This document shows positions 47,964 through 57,817 of a stretch of DNA of 64,000 bases, piece by piece. Under the pieces are notes generated by a model that worked only from the letters and a program-made list of their open reading frames with translations, was not told the DNA's origin and did not search any database. Position 1 is the first letter of the stretch. Every line of letters starts with the position of its first letter. Source of the DNA: Bacteroidota bacterium (GTDB lineage: Bacteria > Bacteroidota > Bacteroidia > Bacteroidales > WCHB1-69); assembly GCA_023413895.1 (NCBI GenBank), contig JAEZOU010000005.1, positions 20,275 to 84,274 on the forward strand, written 5' to 3'. Both the position numbers and the translations under genes were made by a program.

Positions 47964-48518
47964 ATGCCAAAAACACAAGTAACAGATGAGTATATTCTTG
48001 AATTGTTCAAGAATGAGAAAACCCGTGAAAAGGCTTTCGGCTTATTGATGGATAAATTTCAATCCGATATCTATTATGCAATTCGTCGTATTGTTTTTTT
48101 ACACGAAGATGCTAAAGATGTAACACAAAATGTTTTTGTAAAGATATGGCGTCACCTCGAAGGTTTTCGGGGTGATTCCTCTTTGAAAACTTGGATTACC
48201 CGAATCTGTATCAATGAATCACTCTCTTTTATTGAAAAGAAGAAGAAATTGTTGAACTTGAATGAGGAAGAATACCTCAATTGGATGGCTCAGGCAGTTC
48301 CGGAAGATCGATATTTTTCTGCAGATAAAATTCAACAATTGATACAACAAGCCATTCTATCTCTGCCAGAAAAACAGAGAATCGTATTTACCTATCGTTA
48401 CTATGATGAGATGCCTTACGAAGAGATGTCGAAGCTTCTGAATACTTCAGAAGGGGCATTGAAGGCCTCTTATCATTTTGCAGTAAAAAAAGTAGAGGAA
48501 TTTTTGAAAAATCATTAA
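47964..48518 (+). CDS. ECF-type RNA polymerase sigma-70 family factor
   Basis: 184 aa. DAKDVTQNVFVKIWRHLEGFRGDSSLKTWITRICINESL (region 2) and MPYEEMSKLLNTSEGALKASYHFAVKKV (region 4). Confidence 0.85.
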   Translation: MPKTQVTDEYILELFKNEKTREKAFGLLMDKFQSDIYYAIRRIVFLHEDAKDVTQNVFVKIWRHLEGFRGDSSLKTWITRICINESLSFIEKKKKLLNLNEEEYLNWMAQAVPEDRYFSADKIQQLIQQAILSLPEKQRIVFTYRYYDEMPYEEMSKLLNTSEGALKASYHFAVKKVEEFLKNH

Positions 48519-48564
48519 ACTTATATACTTAGTCATAGTCAACAATATTTGTTTTAGTAATGCG

Positions 48565-49098
48565 ATGAATGAGTTAGATAAATACAAAAAACAGAATCCC
48601 TTTATAGTTCCAGAAGGTTTCTTTGATACACTCCGCGAGGAAGTGATGGAAACCGTGAGACGAGAAGAGAAACACCGATTGTTTAGAAGACGAGTAGCAT
48701 TTATATCATCGGCTGCAGCTGTGCTTGTCGTTGTGCTTATGGTTTCTATCTTTACGAGAACTTCAACAACGGAAGAGTTAGTGGCTATTGCTTCTGAAAA
48801 ACCAAAAGCTGAAATACAATCCATTGTACAAACACCAGCTAAAATTGAAGGGATAGTAGAAACACCTGCCGTTAAGATTGACTCTTCTCCTGCTCACACG
48901 ACGATCCTTGTGCAAAATCAAAAGTCAGCAATTTCTAAACCAACCTCTTCTGTTGCTCCAACAAATGTTGAAATGGAAAGAAATGGCGAGATTACATCCT
49001 CAATTATGGAAGAGTACACAGAAGAACTTGAACAAGAACTTTATTGCGACGCTTTGCTCGACCTAGACCTCTATCTTGATCTTTGTTATGAATACTAA
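48565..49098 (+). CDS. Single-pass membrane protein, candidate anti-sigma factor
   Basis: 177 aa immediately downstream of the sigma gene. It has a cytoplasmic head (NPFIVPEGFFDTLREEVMETV), a TM helix VAFISSAAAVLVVVLMVSIF, a low-complexity periplasmic part and an acidic tail EEYTEELEQELYCDALLDLDLYLDLCYEY. Confidence 0.5.
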   Translation: MNELDKYKKQNPFIVPEGFFDTLREEVMETVRREEKHRLFRRRVAFISSAAAVLVVVLMVSIFTRTSTTEELVAIASEKPKAEIQSIVQTPAKIEGIVETPAVKIDSSPAHTTILVQNQKSAISKPTSSVAPTNVEMERNGEITSSIMEEYTEELEQELYCDALLDLDLYLDLCYEY

Positions 49099-49115
49099 TA
49101 GATATATACAATATT

Positions 49116-49577
49116 ATGATTAGAAAACCTCTTTTACTATTCCTTTTTACACTCCTTACGCTGCAACTTGTTGCGCAAAACGAATGTAAATCAATCTTTA
49201 CGATGCAAAAGGAATATGTGGCGGCAAACTTTCAGGTAGCAGACTCTCAAAAAGTTGCGTTTTGGAATATTTATAACGCTTTTCTTCAAGATGAAGCTGA
49301 AATCCATCATCAATTCAGAGAAGTGTGCAAATCTTTGAATGTGCGTCGAGGAAATGATGAATTTAATATGGAAAATCTTGATAATGAGTCTATTGAAAGA
49401 TATTATATTGCTTATTATGACTATAAAGATAAGCTTCTAGAACTTAATAGACAATTCTTTGAAAGTTTCACAAAAGTGTTGAGCCCAAGTCAGTTTATTC
49501 AGTTTAAGAAAGTTCTAAGAGACTTTAAATCAGATATTAAGAACAAGGCAAAAGATGCTTGTCCTAAGTCGGAATGA
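49116..49577 (+). CDS. Small secreted helical protein of unknown function
   Basis: 153 aa with a signal peptide LLLFLFTLLTLQLVAQ and mostly helical-looking sequence. It is the third gene of the sigma module. Confidence 0.5.
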   Translation: MIRKPLLLFLFTLLTLQLVAQNECKSIFTMQKEYVAANFQVADSQKVAFWNIYNAFLQDEAEIHHQFREVCKSLNVRRGNDEFNMENLDNESIERYYIAYYDYKDKLLELNRQFFESFTKVLSPSQFIQFKKVLRDFKSDIKNKAKDACPKSE

Positions 49578-49638
49578 GTAAAATCTTCTTTTTAGAAAAA
49601 TTTATTTTTTTAAGTGCATTTTGCATTAAAAAAAAATG

Positions 49639-49646
49639 TATTTTTG
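49639..49646 (+). promoter_or_regulatory. -7 promoter box TATTTTTG upstream of rpsL
   Basis: Exact TAnnTTTG match 62 nt upstream of ATG 49708. A TTG lies about 20 nt further upstream (TTTTGCATT). Confidence 0.5.
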
Positions 49647-49707
49647 CAGTCCCCAAAAAAGGGGGCTTTTTTATTGAATATTTTTATCTATTAAAAACCA
49701 AAATTGT

Positions 49708-50088
49708 ATGCCTACAATACAACAATTAGTAAGAAAAGGAAGAAAAAAATTGACTTCACAAAGTAAGTCAAAAGCGTTAGACGCTTGTCCACAAAGACGT
49801 GGCGTATGTTTGAGAGTTTACACAACAACTCCGAAAAAACCTAATTCAGCAATGCGTAAAGTTGCGAGAGTACGTATGACCAATGGTAAGGAAGTGAATG
49901 CTTACATTCCAGGAGAAGGTCACAACTTGCAAGAACACTCTATCGTTTTAGTTAGAGGTGGTCGTGTAAAAGACCTTCCAGGTGTAAGATATCACGTTGT
50001 TCGTGGTGCTTTGGACTCTGCAGGTGTTAATGGAAGACTCCAAGGAAGAAGTAAATATGGTACCAAACGTCCTAAAAAGAAAGCTTAG
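49708..50088 (+). CDS. rpsL: 30S ribosomal protein S12
   Basis: [12 protein letters not shown]..., [15 protein letters not shown] and [15 protein letters not shown]. Confidence 0.97.
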   Translation: MPTIQQLVRKGRKKLTSQSKSKALDACPQRRGVCLRVYTTTPKKPNSAMRKVARVRMTNGKEVNAYIPGEGHNLQEHSIVLVRGGRVKDLPGVRYHVVRGALDSAGVNGRLQGRSKYGTKRPKKKA

Positions 50089-50211
50089 TTAGGTGCCGAT
50101 AGGAAAAATATACGATAAGAAAGATATATTCGCATATTTTCCCAAAAAAGTTAATTGAAAGCCAAAATGGGCTTGTCAAGAGTAAATAATTAATATTGAA
50201 GATACAAAATT

Positions 50212-50679
50212 ATGAGAAAAGCGAAACCAAAAAAACGGATCATACTTCCCGATCCAAAATTCAATGATGTTCTTGTAACAAAATTTGTGAACAACATTAT
50301 GCTTCAAGGGAAGAAATCAATTGCTTTTGAAATTTTCTACGATGCAATGGAACTTATTAAGGATAAGACAGGTGAAGATCCAATTGAAGTGTGGAAAAAA
50401 GCTTTAGCAAATGTAACTCCAGCATTGGAAGTAAAGAGTAGAAGAATTGGAGGTGCTACTTTCCAAATTCCTACAGAGTTGCGTCCAGAAAGAAAGCAAT
50501 CAGTAGGTATGAAAAACCTTATCCAATTCGCTCGTAAACGTCACGAAAAAACAATGGCTGCTAAGTTAGCTGCAGAAATTCAAGCGGCTTATAAAGAAGA
50601 GGGTGCTGCTTTCAAACGTAAAGAAGATATCCACAGAATGGCAGAAGCTAACAAAGCATTCTCACACTTTAGATTCTAA
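50212..50679 (+). CDS. rpsG: 30S ribosomal protein S7
   Basis: 155 aa. [32 protein letters not shown] and [11 protein letters not shown]. Confidence 0.97.
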   Translation: MRKAKPKKRIILPDPKFNDVLVTKFVNNIMLQGKKSIAFEIFYDAMELIKDKTGEDPIEVWKKALANVTPALEVKSRRIGGATFQIPTELRPERKQSVGMKNLIQFARKRHEKTMAAKLAAEIQAAYKEEGAAFKRKEDIHRMAEANKAFSHFRF

Positions 50680-50706
50680 TAAAACCACTTAATAAAGAGT
50701 TCTTTT

Positions 50707-52800
50707 ATGTCAGAAGAGTTACTTGCAATCCGAAATATTGGTATTATGGCGCATATTGACGCTGGCAAGACCACTACGACCGAAAGAATTCTTTATTATA
50801 CTGGAAAAAATTATAAAATTGGTGAGGTTGATGAAGGAAATGCTACTATGGACTGGATGGTTCAAGAGCAAGAACGAGGAATCACCATCACCAGTGCTGC
50901 AACCACAGTTGTGTGGAAGCATCAAAATGAAGACTTTAAAATCAATATTATCGACACCCCAGGGCACGTCGATTTTACTGTAGAAGTCGAACGTTCTTTG
51001 AGAATATTGGATGGAGCTGTAGCTATTTTCTGCGCTGTAGGAGGCGTGGAACCACAGTCAGAAACCGTCTGGAGACAAGCTGATAAGTACGATGTTGCTC
51101 GGATCTGTTACGTTAACAAAATGGATAGATCAGGAGCAAATTTCAACAATGTACTTCAGCAAATTAAGGAGAAGTTGGGCGCACACCCACTACCGTTTCA
51201 GTTGCCAATTGGTGCTGAAGATGAGTTCTCTGGAGTAGTTGACTTGTTGGAAATGAAAGCTTATGCATGGGACGAAGATGACCAAGGAGTTTCCTACTAT
51301 GAAGTAGAAATTCCAGAAGATATGACTGACGAAGTACAGGAATATCGTTTGAAACTCCTCGAAGAGTTAGCAGAATTGGATGAGAATCTTATGATGAAAT
51401 ATTTCGATGATCCAGATTCTATTACGGTGGAAGAACTAATCGAGGTGGCACGTAAAGGAACTATTACTCGTGCTATTCAACCTGTTTTTTGTGGTTCATC
51501 TTTCAAGAATAAAGGTGTACAACCTCTGTTAGATGCCATTGTTCGTTATCTTCCTTCCCCTATGGATATGCCGCCAGTAACAGGAACTAATCCTAAAACT
51601 GATAATCCTGAGCAAAGATTAATGGATGCTCAACAACCATTCTCTGCTTTGGCGTTCAAGATTGCAACAGACCCATTTGTGGGTAAACTTACTTTCATTA
51701 AAGTTTATTCTGGTAAACTTAATGCAGGCGAAGCAATTTTGAACCAATCAACAGGAAAAAGGGAGCGTGTTGCGAAAATTTTCGAAATGCACTCGAATAA
51801 ACAGAATCAGTTGGAAACAGTAACCGCTGGTAATATCGTAGCTTTGGTTGGTATGAAAGAGATTCGTACTGGAGATTCACTTTGCGATGAGAAACACCCA
51901 ATTATCTTGGAAAATATCACTTTCCCAGATCCTGTAATTCAAATTGCTGTTGAACCCAAAACCAAAGATGATGAAGATAAGTTAATGTCTGCTTTGAAAA
52001 AATTATCCGATGAAGACCCAACCTTTGTTGTAAAGCAAGATGATGAGTCAGGACAACTACTCATTAGTGGTATGGGGGAACTTCACTTGGATATTCTTAT
52101 GGATAGATTAAAACGTGAGTTTAATGTAGCTTGTAATCATGGGAAACCGCGAGTTACCTATAAGGAAGCAGTTCGTGAAACAATTCTTCATACAGAAACA
52201 TTTAGACGGCAAACAGGAGGTAAAGGTTCGTATGCGCAGTTGGCATTTCAAATTTCTCCTTCTGATGATGAGGCAAAAGGTTTAACTTTCATCAGTCAAG
52301 TAAAAGGTGGAGCTATTCCGAAAGAGTACATCTCTGGAGCAGAAAAAGGATTTGAAATTGCGATGAAAAATGGAGCGTATGGTTTTCCATTAGAAGCGCT
52401 TAATGTTACCATTTTAGACGGTTCTGCACATACTGTTGATTCAGATGCGATGTCTTTTGAGATATGTGCAAAGAGAGGTTTTAGGGAAGCAATTCGAGGT
52501 GCGAAAGTGGCAATACTTGAGCCTATTATGCGAGTAGAAATTACTACTCCTGATGAATATGTAGGAAGTGTTTCTAGTGATTTGAATCGTCGTCGAGCAG
52601 TAGTAGAGCAAGTAGAAGCCAAAATAGCTTTCCAAACGATTAAAGCTTTGGTTCCATTGGCAGAAATGTTTGGATATGTTACAGCACTCCGTTCCTTATC
52701 ATCGGGCAGAGCTAATTATAGTATGGAGTTTCATAGCTATGCAGAGGTTCCAACTGATATCAAAGAATATATTTTAAATGTAGGTAGATTTACCTTTTAA
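50707..52800 (+). CDS. fusA: Elongation factor G
   Basis: 697 aa. [34 protein letters not shown] and NKMDR motifs. Confidence 0.97.
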   Translation: MSEELLAIRNIGIMAHIDAGKTTTTERILYYTGKNYKIGEVDEGNATMDWMVQEQERGITITSAATTVVWKHQNEDFKINIIDTPGHVDFTVEVERSLRILDGAVAIFCAVGGVEPQSETVWRQADKYDVARICYVNKMDRSGANFNNVLQQIKEKLGAHPLPFQLPIGAEDEFSGVVDLLEMKAYAWDEDDQGVSYYEVEIPEDMTDEVQEYRLKLLEELAELDENLMMKYFDDPDSITVEELIEVARKGTITRAIQPVFCGSSFKNKGVQPLLDAIVRYLPSPMDMPPVTGTNPKTDNPEQRLMDAQQPFSALAFKIATDPFVGKLTFIKVYSGKLNAGEAILNQSTGKRERVAKIFEMHSNKQNQLETVTAGNIVALVGMKEIRTGDSLCDEKHPIILENITFPDPVIQIAVEPKTKDDEDKLMSALKKLSDEDPTFVVKQDDESGQLLISGMGELHLDILMDRLKREFNVACNHGKPRVTYKEAVRETILHTETFRRQTGGKGSYAQLAFQISPSDDEAKGLTFISQVKGGAIPKEYISGAEKGFEIAMKNGAYGFPLEALNVTILDGSAHTVDSDAMSFEICAKRGFREAIRGAKVAILEPIMRVEITTPDEYVGSVSSDLNRRRAVVEQVEAKIAFQTIKALVPLAEMFGYVTALRSLSSGRANYSMEFHSYAEVPTDIKEYILNVGRFTF

Positions 52801-52837
52801 TATGTAGCAATTAACCAACTCAATAATAAATAACAAT

Positions 52838-53152
52838 ATGAGTCACAGAATTAGAATCAAATTAAAATCGTTCGACCATACTTTGGTTGACAAATCAGCA
52901 GAGAAGATCGTGAAGACGATAAATGCTGTAAAGGACGATAAGGTTGTGTTGGTAGGTCCTATTCCACTTCCAACTCACAAAAAAATCTTTACAGTGAATC
53001 GTTCCACTTTCGTTAACAAAAAATCAAGAGAGCAATTTGAACTCTCTACTTACAAAAGATTGTTAGACATCTATGGAACAACAACTAAAACAATTGATGC
53101 TTTGATGAAGCTTGAATTGCCAAGTGGTGTTGATGTAGAAATCAAAGTCTGA
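52838..53152 (+). CDS. rpsJ: 30S ribosomal protein S10
   Basis: 104 aa. [28 protein letters not shown], and the C-terminus [15 protein letters not shown]. Confidence 0.95.
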   Translation: MSHRIRIKLKSFDHTLVDKSAEKIVKTINAVKDDKVVLVGPIPLPTHKKIFTVNRSTFVNKKSREQFELSTYKRLLDIYGTTTKTIDALMKLELPSGVDVEIKV

Positions 53153-53245
53153 GTAGAGTAACAAAACTTTCAGGATTACGCCCTTAAGGGGTAAAAGAAA
53201 CAATGCGAAAGCATAAATTATTAACAATCAAAATTAAAATTAAAA

Positions 53246-53875
53246 ATGTCTGGTTTAATCGGAAAAAAAATTGGTATGACTAGCATCTATGATGCCTCTG
53301 GCAAGATTGTGCCATGCACGGTATTGGAAGCTGGTCCTTGCGTAGTAACGCAAGTTAAGACTGTCGAAACAGACGGTTATGATGCAATCCAATTGGGTTA
53401 TGATGAAAAAAAAGAAAAAAGAACATCCAAATCTTTAAAAGGACACTTTGAAAAAGCAGGAACAACTCCTAAGAAAATTTTAAAAGAGTTTACCCGTTTT
53501 GAAGCTGGTTCACAAAAGAAATTCGGTGAAGTATTAGATGTTACCGTATTTGAGGAAGGTGAATTTGTTGATATTAGTGGAATTAGCAAAGGTAAAGGTT
53601 TCCAAGGCGTTGTAAAACGTCACGGATTTGGTGGTGTTGGTGATTCTACACACGGTCAGCACAACCGTTTAAGAGCTCCTGGTTCATTAGGTGCATCTTC
53701 ATGGCCATCTCGCGTATTCAAAGGAATGCGTATGGCAGGAAGAACAGGTGGTGAGAAAGTTAAAGTTCTTAACCTCCGCATTATGAAAATTGTAAAGGAG
53801 AAGAATTTGATTTTAGTAAAAGGTTCAGTTCCCGGACCTAGTGGTTCATATATAATTATTGAAAGATGGAGTTAA
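53246..53875 (+). CDS. rplC: 50S ribosomal protein L3
   Basis: [10 protein letters not shown].., [17 protein letters not shown] and [13 protein letters not shown]. Confidence 0.96.
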   Translation: MSGLIGKKIGMTSIYDASGKIVPCTVLEAGPCVVTQVKTVETDGYDAIQLGYDEKKEKRTSKSLKGHFEKAGTTPKKILKEFTRFEAGSQKKFGEVLDVTVFEEGEFVDISGISKGKGFQGVVKRHGFGGVGDSTHGQHNRLRAPGSLGASSWPSRVFKGMRMAGRTGGEKVKVLNLRIMKIVKEKNLILVKGSVPGPSGSYIIIERWS

Positions 53876-54495
53876 AAGTATATAAAACAGACGGAAGCGA
53901 ATCAACGAAATCGGTAACGTTGAATGATCGTATTTTTAATGTTGAACCGAACGATCACGCAATTTGGCTTGATGTTAAACAATATCTTGCAAATCAAAGA
54001 CAAGGAACTCATGATACTTTGGAAAAATCCACAGTTTCAGGAAGTACTCGTAAGTTAAAAAGACAAAAAGGTACAGGTGGAGCACGTGCAGGTAGCATTA
54101 AATCACCTACAATTCGTGGTGGAGCTACTGCTTTTGGTCCTCATCCAAGAGATTATAGTTTTAAGTTAAACAAGAAAATCAAGAAATTAGCTCGTTTTTC
54201 TGCATTAACTTATAAAGCTAAAGAGGAAAGAATCCTTGTTTTGGAAGATTTAGCACTAGAAACACCAAAAACAAAAACAATGGTTGACATTTTGAAGAAA
54301 TTCAACTTGCAAGATACCAAAACTTTGTTCTTGGCTAACAATACCAATGCGAATGTATATCTCTCAACGAGAAACCTTCCTAAAGCAAAAGTTGTCAGAG
54401 CATGTGATGTTAATACTTACGAAGTGTTGAATGCAAAACAACTTGTAATTTTTGAAGGTAGTTTCTCAGAAATTGAAAAGATGATTGCTGAGTAA
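53866..54495 (+). CDS. rplD: 50S ribosomal protein L4
   Basis: 209 aa. [29 protein letters not shown]. It overlaps rplC by 10 nt. Confidence 0.95.
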   Translation: MELKVYKTDGSESTKSVTLNDRIFNVEPNDHAIWLDVKQYLANQRQGTHDTLEKSTVSGSTRKLKRQKGTGGARAGSIKSPTIRGGATAFGPHPRDYSFKLNKKIKKLARFSALTYKAKEERILVLEDLALETPKTKTMVDILKKFNLQDTKTLFLANNTNANVYLSTRNLPKAKVVRACDVNTYEVLNAKQLVIFEGSFSEIEKMIAE

Positions 54496-54532
54496 GGTAA
54501 AAAATTATTGATAACATTTAACAGATAAGAAA

Positions 54533-54823
54533 ATGAACGTTTTAATTAAGCCCATTATAAGCGAAAAGATGTCAGCTGCTGCCGAAAAGCGTAATTGCTA
54601 TGGCTTTATTGTTGACAGAAAGGCTACCAAACCTCAGATTAAGAAAGCTATTGAGGATACATACGGCGTTAAAGTTGAAAAAGTGAATACACTTATTCAA
54701 CGCGGTAAGGCCACTTCTCGTTACACCAAAGCAGGTGTGATTGAAGGACAAAAGAACACATTCAAAAAAGCGATTGTGTTTGTAAACATTAATGATAAGA
54801 TTGATTTATTTAGCAGCATTTAA
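54533..54823 (+). CDS. rplW: 50S ribosomal protein L23
   Basis: 96 aa. IKPIISEKM...YGFIVDRKATKPQIKKAIEDTYGVKVEKVNT. Confidence 0.93.
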   Translation: MNVLIKPIISEKMSAAAEKRNCYGFIVDRKATKPQIKKAIEDTYGVKVEKVNTLIQRGKATSRYTKAGVIEGQKNTFKKAIVFVNINDKIDLFSSI

Positions 54824-54829
54824 TAGATT

Positions 54830-55654
54830 ATGGCACTAAAAAAATATAAACCAGTAACGCCGGGTCAACGTAATAAAGTTATCAGTACGTTTGACGAAAT
54901 TACAACAAGCACACCAGAAAAGAGTTTGTTGTGCCCAAAACCACGTACCGGTGGTAGAAACTATAGTGGTAAAATGACGATGCGTTATCGCGGAGGCGGA
55001 CACAAAAAAATGTATCGTTTCATTGATTTCAGAAGAGATAAAGATAATATTCCTGCAACAGTAAAAACTATTGAATACGATCCTAACAGATCTGCTCGTA
55101 TTGCTTTGTTGTGTTATGCAGATGGCGAAAAACGCTACATCATTGCTCCTCATGGCTTGAAAGTGGGTCAAGTAATCCTTTCTGGTTCAGGTGTATCTCC
55201 TGATTTAGGAAATACACTTCCATTAGGTGAAATTCCTTTCGGATCAACAGTACACAATATTGAACTTCGTCCAGGACAAGGTGCAAAGATGGCTCGTAGT
55301 GCAGGTTCTTACGCACAATTGATGTCTCGCGATGGTAAGTATGCAACTTTGAGAATGCCTTCTGGCGAAACAAGAATGATTCTTTGCTCTTGCCGTGCTA
55401 CAATCGGTATAGTTTCTAATATTGATCATAACCTTGAAGTTTCAGGTAAAGCAGGTCGTGTTCGTTGGATGGGCCGCAGACCAAGAGTTCGTGGTGTTGT
55501 TATGAACCCAGTAGATCACCCAATGGGTGGTGGTGAAGGACGTGCTTCCGGTGGTCACCCACGTTCAAGAAAAGGCTTGCCAGCTAAGGGTTACAGAACC
55601 AGAGCTCCTAAGAAACACTCTGATAAATATATTATTGAAAGAAGAAAAAAATAA
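54830..55654 (+). CDS. rplB: 50S ribosomal protein L2
   Basis: 274 aa. [40 protein letters not shown]. Confidence 0.97.
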   Translation: MALKKYKPVTPGQRNKVISTFDEITTSTPEKSLLCPKPRTGGRNYSGKMTMRYRGGGHKKMYRFIDFRRDKDNIPATVKTIEYDPNRSARIALLCYADGEKRYIIAPHGLKVGQVILSGSGVSPDLGNTLPLGEIPFGSTVHNIELRPGQGAKMARSAGSYAQLMSRDGKYATLRMPSGETRMILCSCRATIGIVSNIDHNLEVSGKAGRVRWMGRRPRVRGVVMNPVDHPMGGGEGRASGGHPRSRKGLPAKGYRTRAPKKHSDKYIIERRKK

Positions 55655-55671
55655 TTTAAAAGTTAGTTAGT

Positions 55672-55950
55672 ATGAGTCGATCACTGAAAAAAGGTCCATA
55701 TATCCACTATAAATTGGAAAAACGCGTTATTGAAGCTCAAGAGTCTCAAAAGAAATCAACAATCAAAACTTGGTCTCGCGCTTCTATGATTTCTCCAGAT
55801 TTCGTGGGGTTGACTATTGCAGTACATAACGGAAATAAATTTATCCCTGTTTATGTAACTGAAAATATGGTAGGTCATAAATTAGGCGAATTCGCACCTA
55901 CTCGTATCTTTAGAGGTCACGCTGGACAAAAAGATAAAGGTAAAAAATAG
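55672..55950 (+). CDS. rpsS: 30S ribosomal protein S19
   Basis: 92 aa. [56 protein letters not shown]. Confidence 0.97.
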   Translation: MSRSLKKGPYIHYKLEKRVIEAQESQKKSTIKTWSRASMISPDFVGLTIAVHNGNKFIPVYVTENMVGHKLGEFAPTRIFRGHAGQKDKGKK

Positions 55951-55973
55951 TCCGCATTTGCGAGTCTATATAT

Positions 55974-56013
55974 AAAAAAGATTATCGGAGCCTAGGTTCT
56001 GATAATCTTTTTT
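55974..56013. terminator. Bidirectional rho-independent terminator between rpsS (+) and dtd (-)
   Basis: AAGATTATCGGA / TCTGATAATCTT stem (one G-T pair) with an 8-nt loop, flanked by an A run upstream and a T run downstream. Confidence 0.75.
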
Positions 56014-56072
56014 GCTTTTAACTTATTAATAGAATGAAATGGACAGCTATTTCTAGGTAAGAAAATTTTTCA

Positions 56073-56516
56073 TTATTCGCTTTCTAAAAGAATGGTTACA
56101 GGTCCATCATTGATAAAATCTACTTTCATATCAGCTCCAAATCTACCAGTTTCAACCTGAAGCCCATATTTTTCTCGCAGTTGTTGATTGAAGTAGTCGT
56201 ATAGTGGAGATGCTATTTCTGGGCGTGCAGCATGAATAAAACTGGGCCGATTCCCTTTGCGTGCATCTCCGTATAGTGTGAATTGTGAGATGCTAAGAAT
56301 TGCTCCACCTACCTCCTTTAGAGATAAGTTCATTTTGCCCTCCCTATCTTCAAAAACACGCAACCCTGCAACTTTTTTTGCTAAATAATCGGCATCTTCC
56401 TCAGTGTCATTATGTGTAATGCCTACTAAGAGAAGAAATCCTATTCCTATTTTTCCTGTAATTTCGCCATCAATTCGTACTTCGGCGCGACTGCATCGTT
56501 GTAATACAATTCTCAT
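56073..56516 (-). CDS. dtd: D-aminoacyl-tRNA deacylase
   Basis: 147 aa. [55 protein letters not shown] and [10 protein letters not shown]. Confidence 0.93.
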   Translation of the reverse strand: MRIVLQRCSRAEVRIDGEITGKIGIGFLLLVGITHNDTEEDADYLAKKVAGLRVFEDREGKMNLSLKEVGGAILSISQFTLYGDARKGNRPSFIHAARPEIASPLYDYFNQQLREKYGLQVETGRFGADMKVDFINDGPVTILLESE

Positions 56517-56531
56517 ATAAATCTTTCTGTT

Positions 56532-57740
56532 TTACTTTTCTGAATATTTACGGCAGCAGAGTAGCACATGCTTTTCCTCTGCTATTGTCGTTGCAAAGAG
56601 AAAATCGTTTCCGCCATCGTGAATCTTTAATCGTTTTTTTAATGTATCTGCACTTTCAGGAAAGTTCCTTACTGTCAAGTTATACGCATTTTGCGGTAGT
56701 GCCTTTTTTAGATTCTCTTTTCTGAAATTTTCAATAATCTGAAATATTTGGAATCTTCGTCCAGGGAAATTTTCTATTTTTTCTTTTGATATATATAAAT
56801 GACTGTTTTTGTGAATTTTAAAAACTTTGTATTGTTGAGTAATTGTTTTATAGCCACCAGATTTCATAATAGCAGCATTGGGCTCGTAGAGAAAGTCACC
56901 TTCTTCTGGAGTACCTAATATGAGTAGAGCTTCTGCTTCTGCATCTGCTGAAAATTCAAATATTTCCGATTCTCTCTTTTTAATATTAATCGTTTTATAA
57001 ATTCGATTTTTCGTTATTTGATTTCTTGTATCGATCTCTAACAAGATTTCTTTGCACTCATTTTCTACTGCTACAATGTGAATTTTATCGCACTCTGGAA
57101 ATTCTCGAAGCAGCATTTTAATGTCGAGCATAGGGGAGAGTTTGATAAGAATTTTATCTGCTATTTTAAAAAAATGTTTTTTCAGTGCGAATATATCTGG
57201 CGTGTATAGCTCTATATTAACGCGGTTACCTTGGGCATTGCGTCGGGAGGGATCAATGTATAGCCAATCAACGTACTTTATACTTTCTGATAAAAGGAAT
57301 TCTTCAGCTGTTTGGTTAAATTGTTTCAGTTGTGTGATTTTCAGTATATTTGCATTAGCTGTTACAAGGTTACACAAATCACTATTGGGTTCAACGCCGT
57401 ACACGATTGAAAAATTAGGAGCCATAGTTAGTAAATCGATGCCAAAACCTGTAGTGAGATCTAAAAGGGTGTTTCCGGTGCATAAGGTAGCTTTGTACTG
57501 AGCAGTAGTTTCAGAAGAGGATTGTTCAACAGATATTTCAGGAGGGAAAAGAAGGTGTTCGTTGTTATACCAAGAAGGTAGTTTATCCTTTGCACGTTGT
57601 CGAGAAGCTATCTGTTTCAGGACGAAGTCCCAATCGTTTACGGCATATTTTTTTTGTGTGAGTGCTAACTGTACAACATCATCATTGAGGTGTTGCATAA
57701 TAAATTTTTTATCGGAATCGGTTCCGTTTATGGTTCCCAT
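56532..57740 (-). CDS. Class I SAM-dependent methyltransferase (unknown substrate)
   Basis: 402 aa. LLDLTTGFGIDLLTMAPNFSIVYGVEPN (motif I/II-like) and DWLYIDPSRR. The C-terminal half is of unknown function. Confidence 0.65.
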   Translation of the reverse strand: MGTINGTDSDKKFIMQHLNDDVVQLALTQKKYAVNDWDFVLKQIASRQRAKDKLPSWYNNEHLLFPPEISVEQSSSETTAQYKATLCTGNTLLDLTTGFGIDLLTMAPNFSIVYGVEPNSDLCNLVTANANILKITQLKQFNQTAEEFLLSESIKYVDWLYIDPSRRNAQGNRVNIELYTPDIFALKKHFFKIADKILIKLSPMLDIKMLLREFPECDKIHIVAVENECKEILLEIDTRNQITKNRIYKTINIKKRESEIFEFSADAEAEALLILGTPEEGDFLYEPNAAIMKSGGYKTITQQYKVFKIHKNSHLYISKEKIENFPGRRFQIFQIIENFRKENLKKALPQNAYNLTVRNFPESADTLKKRLKIHDGGNDFLFATTIAEEKHVLLCCRKYSEK

Positions 57741-57817
57741 TTCTCTTTTTTTTATTTTACAAAATTACAAAAAAAAAGGCGAAAGATTACTCTTTCGCCT
57801 AAAAAAACTTGATAGGA

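Noticed and set aside
52801-52837. Absence of tuf after fusA as an operon anomaly
   Set aside because: To my knowledge, Bacteroidota normally have rpsL-rpsG-fusA running directly into rpsJ, with tuf elsewhere (in the tRNA-tuf-secE-nusG region). This is therefore the expected arrangement.
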